60,992 bases of DNA from Candidatus Vogelbacteria bacterium RIFOXYD1_FULL_51_18 (GCA_001823095.1 MHTL01000011.1:1-60992); one strand, 5' to 3'; shown: positions 1-7,469, counted from the stretch's first letter. The notes: a model not told the origin generated them from the sequence alone. Numbers and translations: made by a program.

Positions 1-110
1 TCGCCCGAGCGTAGCGAGGTGCGACCATGGCGAACGAGGTAGTAACACGTAGGAACGTACCCCCGAGTCGGGCATAATCAGCCGAAAGGTTGAACAATTC
101 CCGATGGTCT

Positions 111-241
111 GTCAGTGCAGAGCACTGACCGCAGAATAACGCGGAATAGACGCAGAAGTACGCAGAAGAATACAGATTGTATTTTTCGGCGAAATTCAGC
201 GTACAGTCTGCGTATGTCCGCGGCCAATGTTCTGCATTGGC
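111..241 (+). repeat. 16S insertion 1 (V2 region): hairpin + long ACGCAGA-repeat imperfect hairpin + hairpin
   Basis: Extra ~130 nt between CCCGATGGTCT and AGTAAAGATTTATCGC; flanking hairpins GTCAGTGC/GCACTGAC and GCCAATG/CATTGGC; central CGCAGAA repeats facing TTCAGCG/TCTGCG repeats; no ORF. Confidence 0.9.
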
Positions 242-1444
242 AGTAAAGATTTATCGCTCGGGGAGCGGCCTGCGCAGTATCAGCTAGTTGGTAGGGTAAC
301 GGCCTACCAAGGCTATGACGCTTAGGGGAGGTGAGAGCCTGACCCCCACCGATGGGACTGAGACACGGCCCATACACCTACGGGTGGCCGCAGTCGAGAA
401 TCTTCCGCAATGGACGAAAGTCTGACGGAGCGACGCCGCGTGGTGGATGAAGTCCTTCGGGACGTAAACACCTTTTATGAGGGAGGAAGTCATTGACGTT
501 ACCTCATGAATAAGGACCTGCTAAACTCGTGCCAGCAGCAGCGGTAATACGAGTGGTCCAAGCGTTATCCGGAATCACTGGGCGTAAAGGGTGTGTAGGT
601 GGCACTGTTAGTCTCTTGTTAAAGCTCCCGGCTCAACCGGGAAAAGGCGAGAGAAACGGCAGCGCTCGAGGGCGCGAGAGGCGTACGGAACTATAGGAGT
701 AGGGGTGAAATCCGTTGATACCTATGGGAACACCACATGCGAAGGCAGTACGCTGGCGCGCACCTGACACTGAAACACGAAAGCGTGGGTAGCGAACGGG
801 ATTAGATACCCCGGTAGTCCACGCCCTAAACGATCTTCACTAGCTTTTCGGAGTATCGACCCTCTGAGAGGCGAAGCTAACGCGTTAAGTGAAGCGCCTG
901 GGAAGTACGAGCGCAAGCTTAAAACTCAAAAGAATAGACGGGGACTCGCACAAGCGGTGGATCATGCGGTTTAATTCGATGCTAAACGAAGAACCTCACC
1001 AGGGCTAGAAATCCAAGCGAAGTTCCAGCGAAAGTTGGGATGTCTCACAAGGACGGTTGGACAGGTGTTGCATGGCTGTCGTCAGTTCGTGGTTTGAATT
1101 GTTCCCTTAAGTGGGGTAACGAACGCAACCCTTGCCGCGTGTTACAAGTGTCACGTGGGACTGTCCGCCCTAGGCGGAAGGAAGCGAGGATGACGCCAAG
1201 TCAGCATGACCCTTGATGTCCTGGGCTACACGCATGATACAATGGCTGCAACAGAAGGTCGCGACGGCACTAAGCCCGAGCCAATCCCCAAATGCAGCCC
1301 CAGTTCGGATTGAGGTCTGCAACTCGACCTCATGAAGCCGGAATCGCTAGTAATCGCAGGTCAGCTATACTGCGGTGAATACGTTCTCGAGTCTTGTACT
1401 CACTGCCCGTCAAGTCAAGGGAGCCGGGAGTACCCGAAGTTCCT

Positions 1445-1595
1445 CCACTTTGTTCGCAAGCGAACAAAGTGGCGCAGACAAACGCAGACTGTACGCAGAA
1501 TTACGCAGACTCAAAGAAAGTTTTCTTTTTTCAGCGACTTTCTGTGTTTATTCAGCGTTATTCAGCGCCATTTTACAAACTTGTTTGCAAAGTGG
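1445..1595 (+). repeat. 16S insertion 2 (tip of helix 44, V9): inverted copy of the insertion-1 element
   Basis: Extra ~150 nt enclosed by CCTCCACTTTG (1442-1452)/CAAAGTGGAGG (1588-1598); 1470-1503 is the near-exact reverse complement of 192-226. Confidence 0.9.
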
Positions 1596-1861
1596 AGGGC
1601 CTACGGTAAGCTCGGTGACAGGGATTAAGTCGTAACAAGGCACGGCTAGCGGAAGCTGGTCGTGGAATTCTTCCGAAGGAAACACGTTCGTCTTGTCACA
1701 AGCAGGATGGACTTATCGTCGATGTTCTGTACCTCGTACGAGTGCAGAACCGAGTGATGGCTCTAGTACTCTATACAACAGTGGGCTGGCCCTACTACAT
1801 CCGCTTCGCGGATTACGAAGGGCAAGTGAGAATGGAACAGGAGAAAGTGCGCTTTTTTTGT

Positions 1862-1890
1862 TTGTCAGGTACAGTACTTTTTGCTATAGT
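1862..1890 (+). promoter_or_regulatory. sigma70-type promoter for tRNA-Ile
   Basis: TTGTCA (1862-67), 17 nt, TATAGT (1885-90), 13 nt before the tRNA. Confidence 0.7.
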
Positions 1891-1903
1891 TTGCGCGACA
1901 TGC

Positions 1904-1978
1904 GCGAGTGTAGTTCAGTGGTAGAACGCTGTCCTGATAAGACAGAGGTCGAAGGTCCGATTCCTTCCACTCGCACCA
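1904..1978 (+). tRNA. tRNA-Ile(GAT)
   Basis: Acceptor GCGAGTG/CACTCGC, anticodon arm CTGTC-CTGATAA-GACAG, T arm GAAGG-TCCGATT-CCTTC, encoded CCA. Confidence 0.97.
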
Positions 1979-2118
1979 AAATCTGACTTTCAGAAAATTG
2001 ACCGACTTTTTTGTATTTTGCAAAGCAAAATGAGCCGCAGAGATTCTTGCCCTTGCCCCACTCCACCCATGCGCGGGCAAGTTTATGGAACTCCCTTTGA
2101 TTAAATCAGAATATTTTG

Positions 2119-2173
2119 GTAACATTATATTGTGTTTAGGGCTTTCAATAAGTATATCACAATTTAATGTTAC
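2119..2173. promoter_or_regulatory. 16-bp inverted repeat upstream of the XRE gene, probable operator pair
   Basis: GTAACATTATATTGTG (2119-2134) and CACAATTTAATGTTAC (2158-2173): 15/16 complementary, 23-nt spacer. Confidence 0.6.
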
Positions 2174-2182
2174 TAATCTATT

Positions 2183-2395
2183 ATGGCAGAGTCAAGTAAA
2201 ACCAACATAGGCAAAACTGTAAAGAAATTAAGAGAGAAACTGGGCATATCGCAGGAAAAACTTGCTCGCCTTGCTGACGTTTCCAATAATACAGTTGTTA
2301 ATATTGAGGCGGGCAAACAAGATAATCCGACAATCGAAACCTTGAAGAAGGTCGCCAATGCCCTGCAAGTCGGGGTTGATGATTTAATTAAATGA
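2183..2395 (+). CDS. XRE-family HTH regulator (C-protein-like)
   Basis: KKLREKLGISQEKLARLADVS...NIEAG...NPTIETLKKVANAL; ATGA overlap with the methyltransferase. Confidence 0.92.
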   Translation: MAESSKTNIGKTVKKLREKLGISQEKLARLADVSNNTVVNIEAGKQDNPTIETLKKVANALQVGVDDLIK

Positions 2396-3411
2396 CTATG
2401 GCAAACGGAAACGGCAAAAAATTCAAATTCATAGACCTGTTCGCTGGCATTGGCGGCATCCGTATTGCTTTTGAACGTGCGGGAGGCAAATGCGTTTTTA
2501 CTTCTGAATGGGACGAGCCGTGCCAAGTCATGTATGAAGCTAATTTTGGCGAAAGACCTTTTGGCGATATTACAAAAATCATTGCAGATGAAGTGCCAGA
2601 TCACGAAATTTTGACCGGAGGATTTCCGTGCCAAGCGTTTAGTATTATCGGCAATGGGCGCGGTTTTGCAGATACACGAGGAACTTTATTTTTTGATGTT
2701 GAACGAATTTTGAGAGCGAAACAGCCAAAAGCGTTTTTGTTGGAGAATGTGAAGCAACTCACAACGCACGATGATGGCAGAACATTCAAGGTTATTTTAG
2801 AACACTTGGAAAACTTGGGTTATTTCGTTCACTATAAAGTCCTCAACGGACTTGATTTTGGAGTGCCGCAAAAAAGGGAACGAATAATGATTGTTGGGTT
2901 CAAAGAAAATTATCCTTTTGAATTTCCGAGAAATGGCGCGGAAACAAAAACGCTTTCGGACATTTTAGAGCCAGAGCACCAAATTGATAAAAAACATTTT
3001 TTGAGCGATTACTTCCGTCAAAAACTCCAACGAAAACTAAAAGAGCAGGGAAAGAAAATCATGACTCGCCCCGTCGTTATTCACGAAAATAAGGGCGGCA
3101 ATTTAGGTATACATCCTTTTTCTACCGCTTTGCGCGCAAACGGCTCATACAATTATGTTACTGTGAACGGCGAACGCCGACTTACTCCGAGGGAAATGTT
3201 GCGTTTGCAGGGCTACCCCGATACTTTCAAAATGGTTGTGCCTGACACGCAGGTTAGAAAACAAGCTGGTAACAGTGTGGTTATTCCTAAAATTGAAGCC
3301 GTTGCGCGCGCAATGGTTCAAGCAATGAGCCAAAAGCCGCAACGCAAGCCGGTTCAGTCCGATTTATTCGCAACAGAAGAAAAAATAGAAAAAATATATG
3401 CGCACAAATAA
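2392..3411 (+). CDS. DNA (cytosine-5)-methyltransferase (HaeII-like cognate)
   Basis: Motif I FIDLFAGIGG, IV GGFPCQAFS, VI ENV, VIII QKRERI, IX RRLTPREMLRLQG, X QAGNSV. Confidence 0.97.
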   Translation: MTMANGNGKKFKFIDLFAGIGGIRIAFERAGGKCVFTSEWDEPCQVMYEANFGERPFGDITKIIADEVPDHEILTGGFPCQAFSIIGNGRGFADTRGTLFFDVERILRAKQPKAFLLENVKQLTTHDDGRTFKVILEHLENLGYFVHYKVLNGLDFGVPQKRERIMIVGFKENYPFEFPRNGAETKTLSDILEPEHQIDKKHFLSDYFRQKLQRKLKEQGKKIMTRPVVIHENKGGNLGIHPFSTALRANGSYNYVTVNGERRLTPREMLRLQGYPDTFKMVVPDTQVRKQAGNSVVIPKIEAVARAMVQAMSQKPQRKPVQSDLFATEEKIEKIYAHK

Positions 3412-4468
3412 TAATCTATCGAAAAAGGCGTTGGATTTGGTGATACGCAAATCGCGCGTTCATTTGTACAAGCCAATTCAGATTGCTGAAATTTTATATC
3501 ACCACAGAACAGAGCGTGGTTTGGATTTGAGCGATTTGCAGTCATATCGCAACATTTCTAAGCGTTGGCGAGACGAAGTTTCTTTACTTTTGGTTGGACG
3601 GCGAAGCACTTCAAGCCAAAAATATCAGGATAATGTTTTTGAGGCCAACGCCATGCCGCCGGAACTGCTTACAAAACTTGGAGAAATAAACAAGAAAAGC
3701 AAGGGTGTTGTTGAAGCATATATTTACAAAGCGTTGGAAGCGCGTCTCTCGTCCGTTCGAGAGGTTGAGGACTATATTAGAAAATCAACACCGGACACTT
3801 TCGATCTCAAAAAATTGGTTTCTATTTTTCAAACTACGCCCGGACTGCGTCGTAGCGTAGACAAAATGTACGAAATTTTGGTTTACGCCCTTTTTACGAC
3901 AATCGTCCGCGCATTAAAAGCGCAAGTAACTTTGGAGATTGGTAATAAAGATAAGGAAATTTTGAAGGACTTTGAGCGATTTATAAAAATGGTTCTCGGC
4001 ATTGACGCAAAACAAACCCGACTTGTTTCGCCCGCCGCGCTGTATCGCGTCGGCGTAACAAATGCCTCGGACAGGGGTTTGGATATCTGGGCCAACTTTG
4101 GCCCGGCAATTCAAGTTAAACACCTTACACTCACCCCGGAACTTATGGAGGACATCGCGGATGACATAACTTCAGACAGGATTGTAATTGTTTGTATTGA
4201 TACCGAACGAGAAACGATTGAGACATTGCTCAAACAAGTCGGGTGGAGTGAACGAATACAGGGCGTTATTACCATTAACGATCTGGATGATTGGTATAAG
4301 CTTTGTTTGAGTAAAAAATACAGGGCTAATCTCGGCGCAAAATTACTGCAAGATGTTGGGCGAGAATTTGCCGCAGAATTTCCGTCAAGCAAAGAAATTG
4401 CGCCATTTATGGCAAAGCGCGGATACGACAAAATTGTTATGCCCTCTGATTGGCAAATTCAAATATAG
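3398..4468 (+). CDS. HaeII-family type II restriction endonuclease
   Basis: N-terminal KALDLVIRKSRVHLYKPIQIAEILY and GVTNASDRGLDIWANFGPAIQVKH recalled as RE_HaeII family; coupled to a C5 MTase. Confidence 0.85.
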   Translation: MRTNNNLSKKALDLVIRKSRVHLYKPIQIAEILYHHRTERGLDLSDLQSYRNISKRWRDEVSLLLVGRRSTSSQKYQDNVFEANAMPPELLTKLGEINKKSKGVVEAYIYKALEARLSSVREVEDYIRKSTPDTFDLKKLVSIFQTTPGLRRSVDKMYEILVYALFTTIVRALKAQVTLEIGNKDKEILKDFERFIKMVLGIDAKQTRLVSPAALYRVGVTNASDRGLDIWANFGPAIQVKHLTLTPELMEDIADDITSDRIVIVCIDTERETIETLLKQVGWSERIQGVITINDLDDWYKLCLSKKYRANLGAKLLQDVGREFAAEFPSSKEIAPFMAKRGYDKIVMPSDWQIQI

Positions 4469-4475
4469 CGTATGT

Positions 4476-4880
4476 ATGGACACTGTTTCAAAACAAAAGC
4501 GAAGCGAAATAATGTCTCGGATAAAAAGTCGAGACAGCAAGATTGAGACATTATTTCGCAAAGAGCTTTGGAAACTTGGCTTTCGCTACCGCAAAAACTC
4601 CGGCAAATACTTTGGGAAGCCGGATATTGTTTTGAAACAGAGGAAAGTAGTTATTTTTATTGATTCCTGCTTTTGGCACGGGTGTAAAAAGCATTGTCGC
4701 ATTCCAACCGTTCGCAAAAGTTATTGGTTGAAAAAAATTGCAAGAAATGTGGCGAGGGACAAAGAGGTAAAGAAGCACTACAAAAAACAGGAATGGAAAA
4801 TTTTTAGAATTTGGGAACATAAGATCAAGTTAAGTAAGGATAGAGCAGTAGCGGGTATTGTTGAAAGGATAGCCAGCTAG
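4476..4880 (+). CDS. vsr: Very-short-patch repair endonuclease
   Basis: MDTVSKQKRSEIMSRIKS, GKPD, FIDSCFWHGC, IWEH; start re-assigned to ATG 4476. Confidence 0.95.
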   Translation: MDTVSKQKRSEIMSRIKSRDSKIETLFRKELWKLGFRYRKNSGKYFGKPDIVLKQRKVVIFIDSCFWHGCKKHCRIPTVRKSYWLKKIARNVARDKEVKKHYKKQEWKIFRIWEHKIKLSKDRAVAGIVERIAS

Positions 4881-4937
4881 TTAAGTAAATACACACTTTG
4901 GGTAAATTAGCGGCTTGATAAGCCGCTAAATAAAACT

Positions 4938-5135
4938 ATGGACGAAAATAAAAAACAAGACAACGAAATAATTTTTTCTGTAACTGTTGAGAATTTACAA
5001 AACGAAGCAACTAATAGAATTGGCAGAAAATTGACGGGATATGAATTGTATACTGCCATAAAGGGTGTAGAATCTGGTTTGTCGTTTGATATTGATACGA
5101 TATTCAAGACTGCCATCGAGGAAGCCGTTGAATAA
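4938..5135 (+). CDS. Small acidic hypothetical protein (65 aa)
   Basis: Clean ATG-TAA ORF co-oriented in the island; no recognised motif. Confidence 0.6.
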   Translation: MDENKKQDNEIIFSVTVENLQNEATNRIGRKLTGYELYTAIKGVESGLSFDIDTIFKTAIEEAVE

Positions 5136-5428
5136 AAAAATCAAAAACGAAACTTTTGGAATGGGTAGCGCGCCGCCGAAGTCCAATTAAAATTTTTCTA
5201 GCTTTCCCGTATAATCCATACCACCCGCAACCATACGAGCGATTTACGGAGCAAGGCGTTTTGGATCGAGGAAAAGAATTTTTGATTGGCAAGGAATACT
5301 GGAATTTTCTCGGAGGCGAAAATACCTTTGAGGAATTATTTACGTTGTTTGATGATGTCGGTAAAAAATTCAAAGAGAAAATTCAGTCGAAAATTAAAGA
5401 AGTGGCCCGCGCTAAAATGTCCGGATAG
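5132..5428 (+). pseudogene. 3' remnant of a second type II restriction endonuclease (TdeIII/MjaII-like)
   Basis: Frame opens after TGA at 5129-31 with no good start: SKTKLLEWVA...FLAFPYNPY...LIGKEYWNFLGGENTFEEL, recalled as the C-terminus of this family. Confidence 0.6.
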
Positions 5429-5434
5429 GTATTT

Positions 5435-6193
5435 ATGAAAGTTGATTTTATCAATTCAGAAAGAGTAAAAGTCGGCGACGAGGAACTGATTTACTTTATG
5501 CACCCCAACATGTTGAGAGACAAGCTTATTGAAGCCGTTGAGAAGATTGGGGCGCAAAAATTCTTTTCCAGTCCGGAAGAAAATGTTAAAAAGGCGCGGG
5601 AAAATGTCGCTGAATACTTTTTTGTTTTAGGTCTTAAAAAAGACAGCGGGCAAGATTGGTTCTTAATGCAACCCAAAAAAGACCCACCCGATTTTATTCT
5701 GATGACCGTAGCGGCCAATCCAATAACAATTACTCTTGACCATTTCGAGTTGGTTGAAATACCCGGTCGGTGTAAATCATTCGAGGAAATGTTGGAGATT
5801 GTCCGCGGTAAATTAAATAAGGGATATGCAGGGAAATATCATTTATTGATTTTTGTTAATCACGAAAAAAGTAAGGAGTGGATAAATACGCTTCATCAAC
5901 AAATACAAGATTTTGCTCCATTCAAGACAGTATGGACAGTTCATCTTGTGTGGTACAAAGGAAAGAGTAGTTTATACGGAAGCGTAGTAAATCGCTTGCG
6001 ACCATATCCCACAAGATCAATTGAAGTTGCTCTAGATGACGAGGCGTTACGCCAAAGTTCACCATTGCCCGATCATATGGAAGAATTGAAAATTGATGGA
6101 AAGACGTTTATCAATTTCAAACCGGATTTTGTGAAGGAATTGACAATGGCAATGAGAAAATCACTCCTTGCTAGGTCGCAAGCGAGAAGATAA
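5435..6193 (+). CDS. Hypothetical protein, possible PD-(D/E)xK-like nuclease fold
   Basis: 252-aa ORF; spacing E...PKKDPPDF...FELVEI...KLNKGY resembles restriction-endonuclease-like folds (inference). Confidence 0.7.
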   Translation: MKVDFINSERVKVGDEELIYFMHPNMLRDKLIEAVEKIGAQKFFSSPEENVKKARENVAEYFFVLGLKKDSGQDWFLMQPKKDPPDFILMTVAANPITITLDHFELVEIPGRCKSFEEMLEIVRGKLNKGYAGKYHLLIFVNHEKSKEWINTLHQQIQDFAPFKTVWTVHLVWYKGKSSLYGSVVNRLRPYPTRSIEVALDDEALRQSSPLPDHMEELKIDGKTFINFKPDFVKELTMAMRKSLLARSQARR

Positions 6194-6530
6194 TCGCCGC
6201 CCAAAATCCCGTCCGTCCGAGCGAGGGTGCGGCGGAGGTGTGGGGGGAATTCCGCCATTCCCTTGCAAAAAACAGAGGCCAGCCCCGCGCCCTGCTCGTT
6301 CAGAGCAGAAGCCAGCAAAAAAGTTTTCTTTTCCTTTTACCTGCCCGCCGAAGCCTCGGCGCAGGCGGGGAAGAAAAAATCGGGCGCGCGCAAATCAGGA
6401 AATGCGAAGAAAACTTTTTTGCTGGGTGGCAAGTGCCAGCGAGCGGCGGCGGGGTGCCTGCCCGCCAAAGCTTTAGCGTCGGAGGGGCTTCCTTGGTCTG
6501 GTTTCGTTCAGGAATTTCGGATAAAATGAG
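6194..6530. repeat. GC-rich structured non-coding tract closing the R-M island
   Basis: 19-bp perfect inverted repeat 6312-6330/6407-6425; direct repeat CCTGCCCGCC-RAAGC-YTYRGCG at 6340 and 6457. Confidence 0.65.
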
Positions 6531-6636
6531 TTCGAGCCAAACTGTAAAGACACACCAATCATTAAGCGGCGAGTTATAAACAATTTTAATCCTAGGCAAT
6601 TGCTGTAGGGGGTATTTTTGCTACAATGCACAGGTT

Positions 6637-7023
6637 GTGGAAAAAATTACCAAGCAAAACTATGAGGCGCTGGGGAGTTGGGGCATACTCACGAGCCTTG
6701 ACTTGCACGGCTGTAACGGCGAGACCATCCGGAGTGCAGAGAAGATCCGTGAGTTTACCGTAGCGCTCTGCGAGCTCATTGGGGTGACGCGCTTTGGCGA
6801 GCCGACCGTCGTGCACTTTGGCGAACGTGAAGAAATTGCCGGCTACTCACTCGTCCAGCTCATAGAGACCTCACTGGTCTCCGGGCACTTTGCAAATGCA
6901 ACAAATACTGTGTACTTGGATATCTTTTCCTGCTCGTACTACGATGCCGATACGGCCGTAGAGTTCTCAAAAAAGTTTTTTGAGGCGCAGGATGCGACGG
7001 TACATACTCTATTAAGAAAATGA
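6637..7023 (+). CDS. speD: S-adenosylmethionine decarboxylase-family proenzyme (pyruvoyl-dependent)
   Basis: SLDLHGC...GYSLVQLIETSLVSGHF...YLDIFSC; GTG start. Confidence 0.85.
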   Translation: MEKITKQNYEALGSWGILTSLDLHGCNGETIRSAEKIREFTVALCELIGVTRFGEPTVVHFGEREEIAGYSLVQLIETSLVSGHFANATNTVYLDIFSCSYYDADTAVEFSKKFFEAQDATVHTLLRK

Positions 7024-7043
7024 CCCAGCTGGGTCATTTTCTT
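7014..7043. terminator. 30-bp perfect palindrome between convergent genes (bidirectional terminator)
   Basis: AAGAAAATGACCCAG|CTGGGTCATTTTCTT, overlapping the speD stop. Confidence 0.75.
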
Positions 7044-7063
7044 CCTGCTTTTTAATTGTCCTT

Positions 7064-7270
7064 TTATACGGCAGGTGCTGCAGGGGCAGCGGGAGCGGCA
7101 GGAGCTGCCGGTGCGCAGGAACACTTCCCATCGGCCTCGTTGCAGGCGGCGCACTTGGGCATGCAGTGATCTGCGCCGCAGGCGTGCGCCGCGTCGTGCT
7201 CGGCGCTCTCTGTTCCGCACATATCGCACTTGTAGCCACTCGTTGCTCCGTCACATGTTTTGCAATTCAT
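7064..7270 (-). CDS. Cys/His-rich microprotein, metallothionein- or zinc-finger-like
   Basis: 68 aa, 10 Cys + 3 His in first 52 aa (CxxC x3, CxC), (PAA)n tail; TACACT -10 upstream, terminator downstream. Confidence 0.8.
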   Translation of the reverse strand: MNCKTCDGATSGYKCDMCGTESAEHDAAHACGADHCMPKCAACNEADGKCSCAPAAPAAPAAPAAPAV

Positions 7271-7336
7271 AACTCTTTTGGTGTTTAACCAGTAATGACG
7301 ACCTCCTGGCAGTGTAGCACACTAGTGCCGAAGAGA

Positions 7337-7371
7337 CCCATACCGAACGTGCCGAACACGTTCGGTATGGG
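7337..7371. repeat. 15-bp perfect hairpin 3' of tRNA-Leu
   Basis: CCCATACCGAACGTG-ccgaa-CACGTTCGGTATGGG. Confidence 0.7.
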
Positions 7372-7387
7372 CGGGGGACTTGAACTG

Positions 7388-7469
7388 TGGGTGTGGAGGG
7401 ACTCGAACCCTCACGGATTGCTCCATACGTCTCTGAAACGTACGCGTATACCAATTCCGCCACACACCC
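7388..7469 (-). tRNA. tRNA-Leu(CAG)
   Basis: Reverse complement: GGGTGTG acceptor, GGAATTGGTA D loop, TACGT-TTCAGAG-ACGTA, long variable arm, GAGGG-TTCGAGT-CCCTC; CCA not encoded. Confidence 0.95.

Larger units (their letters stand above)
1..1674 (+). rRNA. rrs: 16S rRNA, 5'-truncated by window edge, Parcubacteria/OD1-like, with two insertions
   Basis: Conserved blocks: GTAACACGT (41-50), CCTACGGG (357F region), GTGCCAGCAGCAGCGGTAA (529-547), ATTAGATACCC (801-811), AAGTCGTAACAAGG (1627-1640), helix 45 CACGGCTAGC-GGAA-GCTGGTCGTG (1641-1664). Exact 3' end uncertain. Confidence 0.99.

Noticed and set aside
130-225. ACGCAGA periodic repeats as a CRISPR array
   Set aside because: 7-10 nt degenerate units inside rRNA, no spacers, no cas genes; no CRISPR seen anywhere in the window.
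111-1595. 16S insertions as group I introns or homing-endonuclease carriers
   Set aside because: Only 130-150 nt, no catalytic core elements recognised, no ORF.
78-2125. ORFs overlapping the 16S, its trailer and tRNA-Ile
   Set aside because: Chance frames in structural RNA; no protein motifs.
6168-6599. Five overlapping ORFs, and an integron attC reading of this tract
   Set aside because: ORFs are low-complexity products of GC-rich repeats; GTTATAA occurs near 6573 but no matching RYYYAAC arm or integrase.
1960-6640. attL/attR direct repeat of the tRNA-Ile 3' end
   Set aside because: No second copy of CCACTCGCACCA found by eye at the island's right end.
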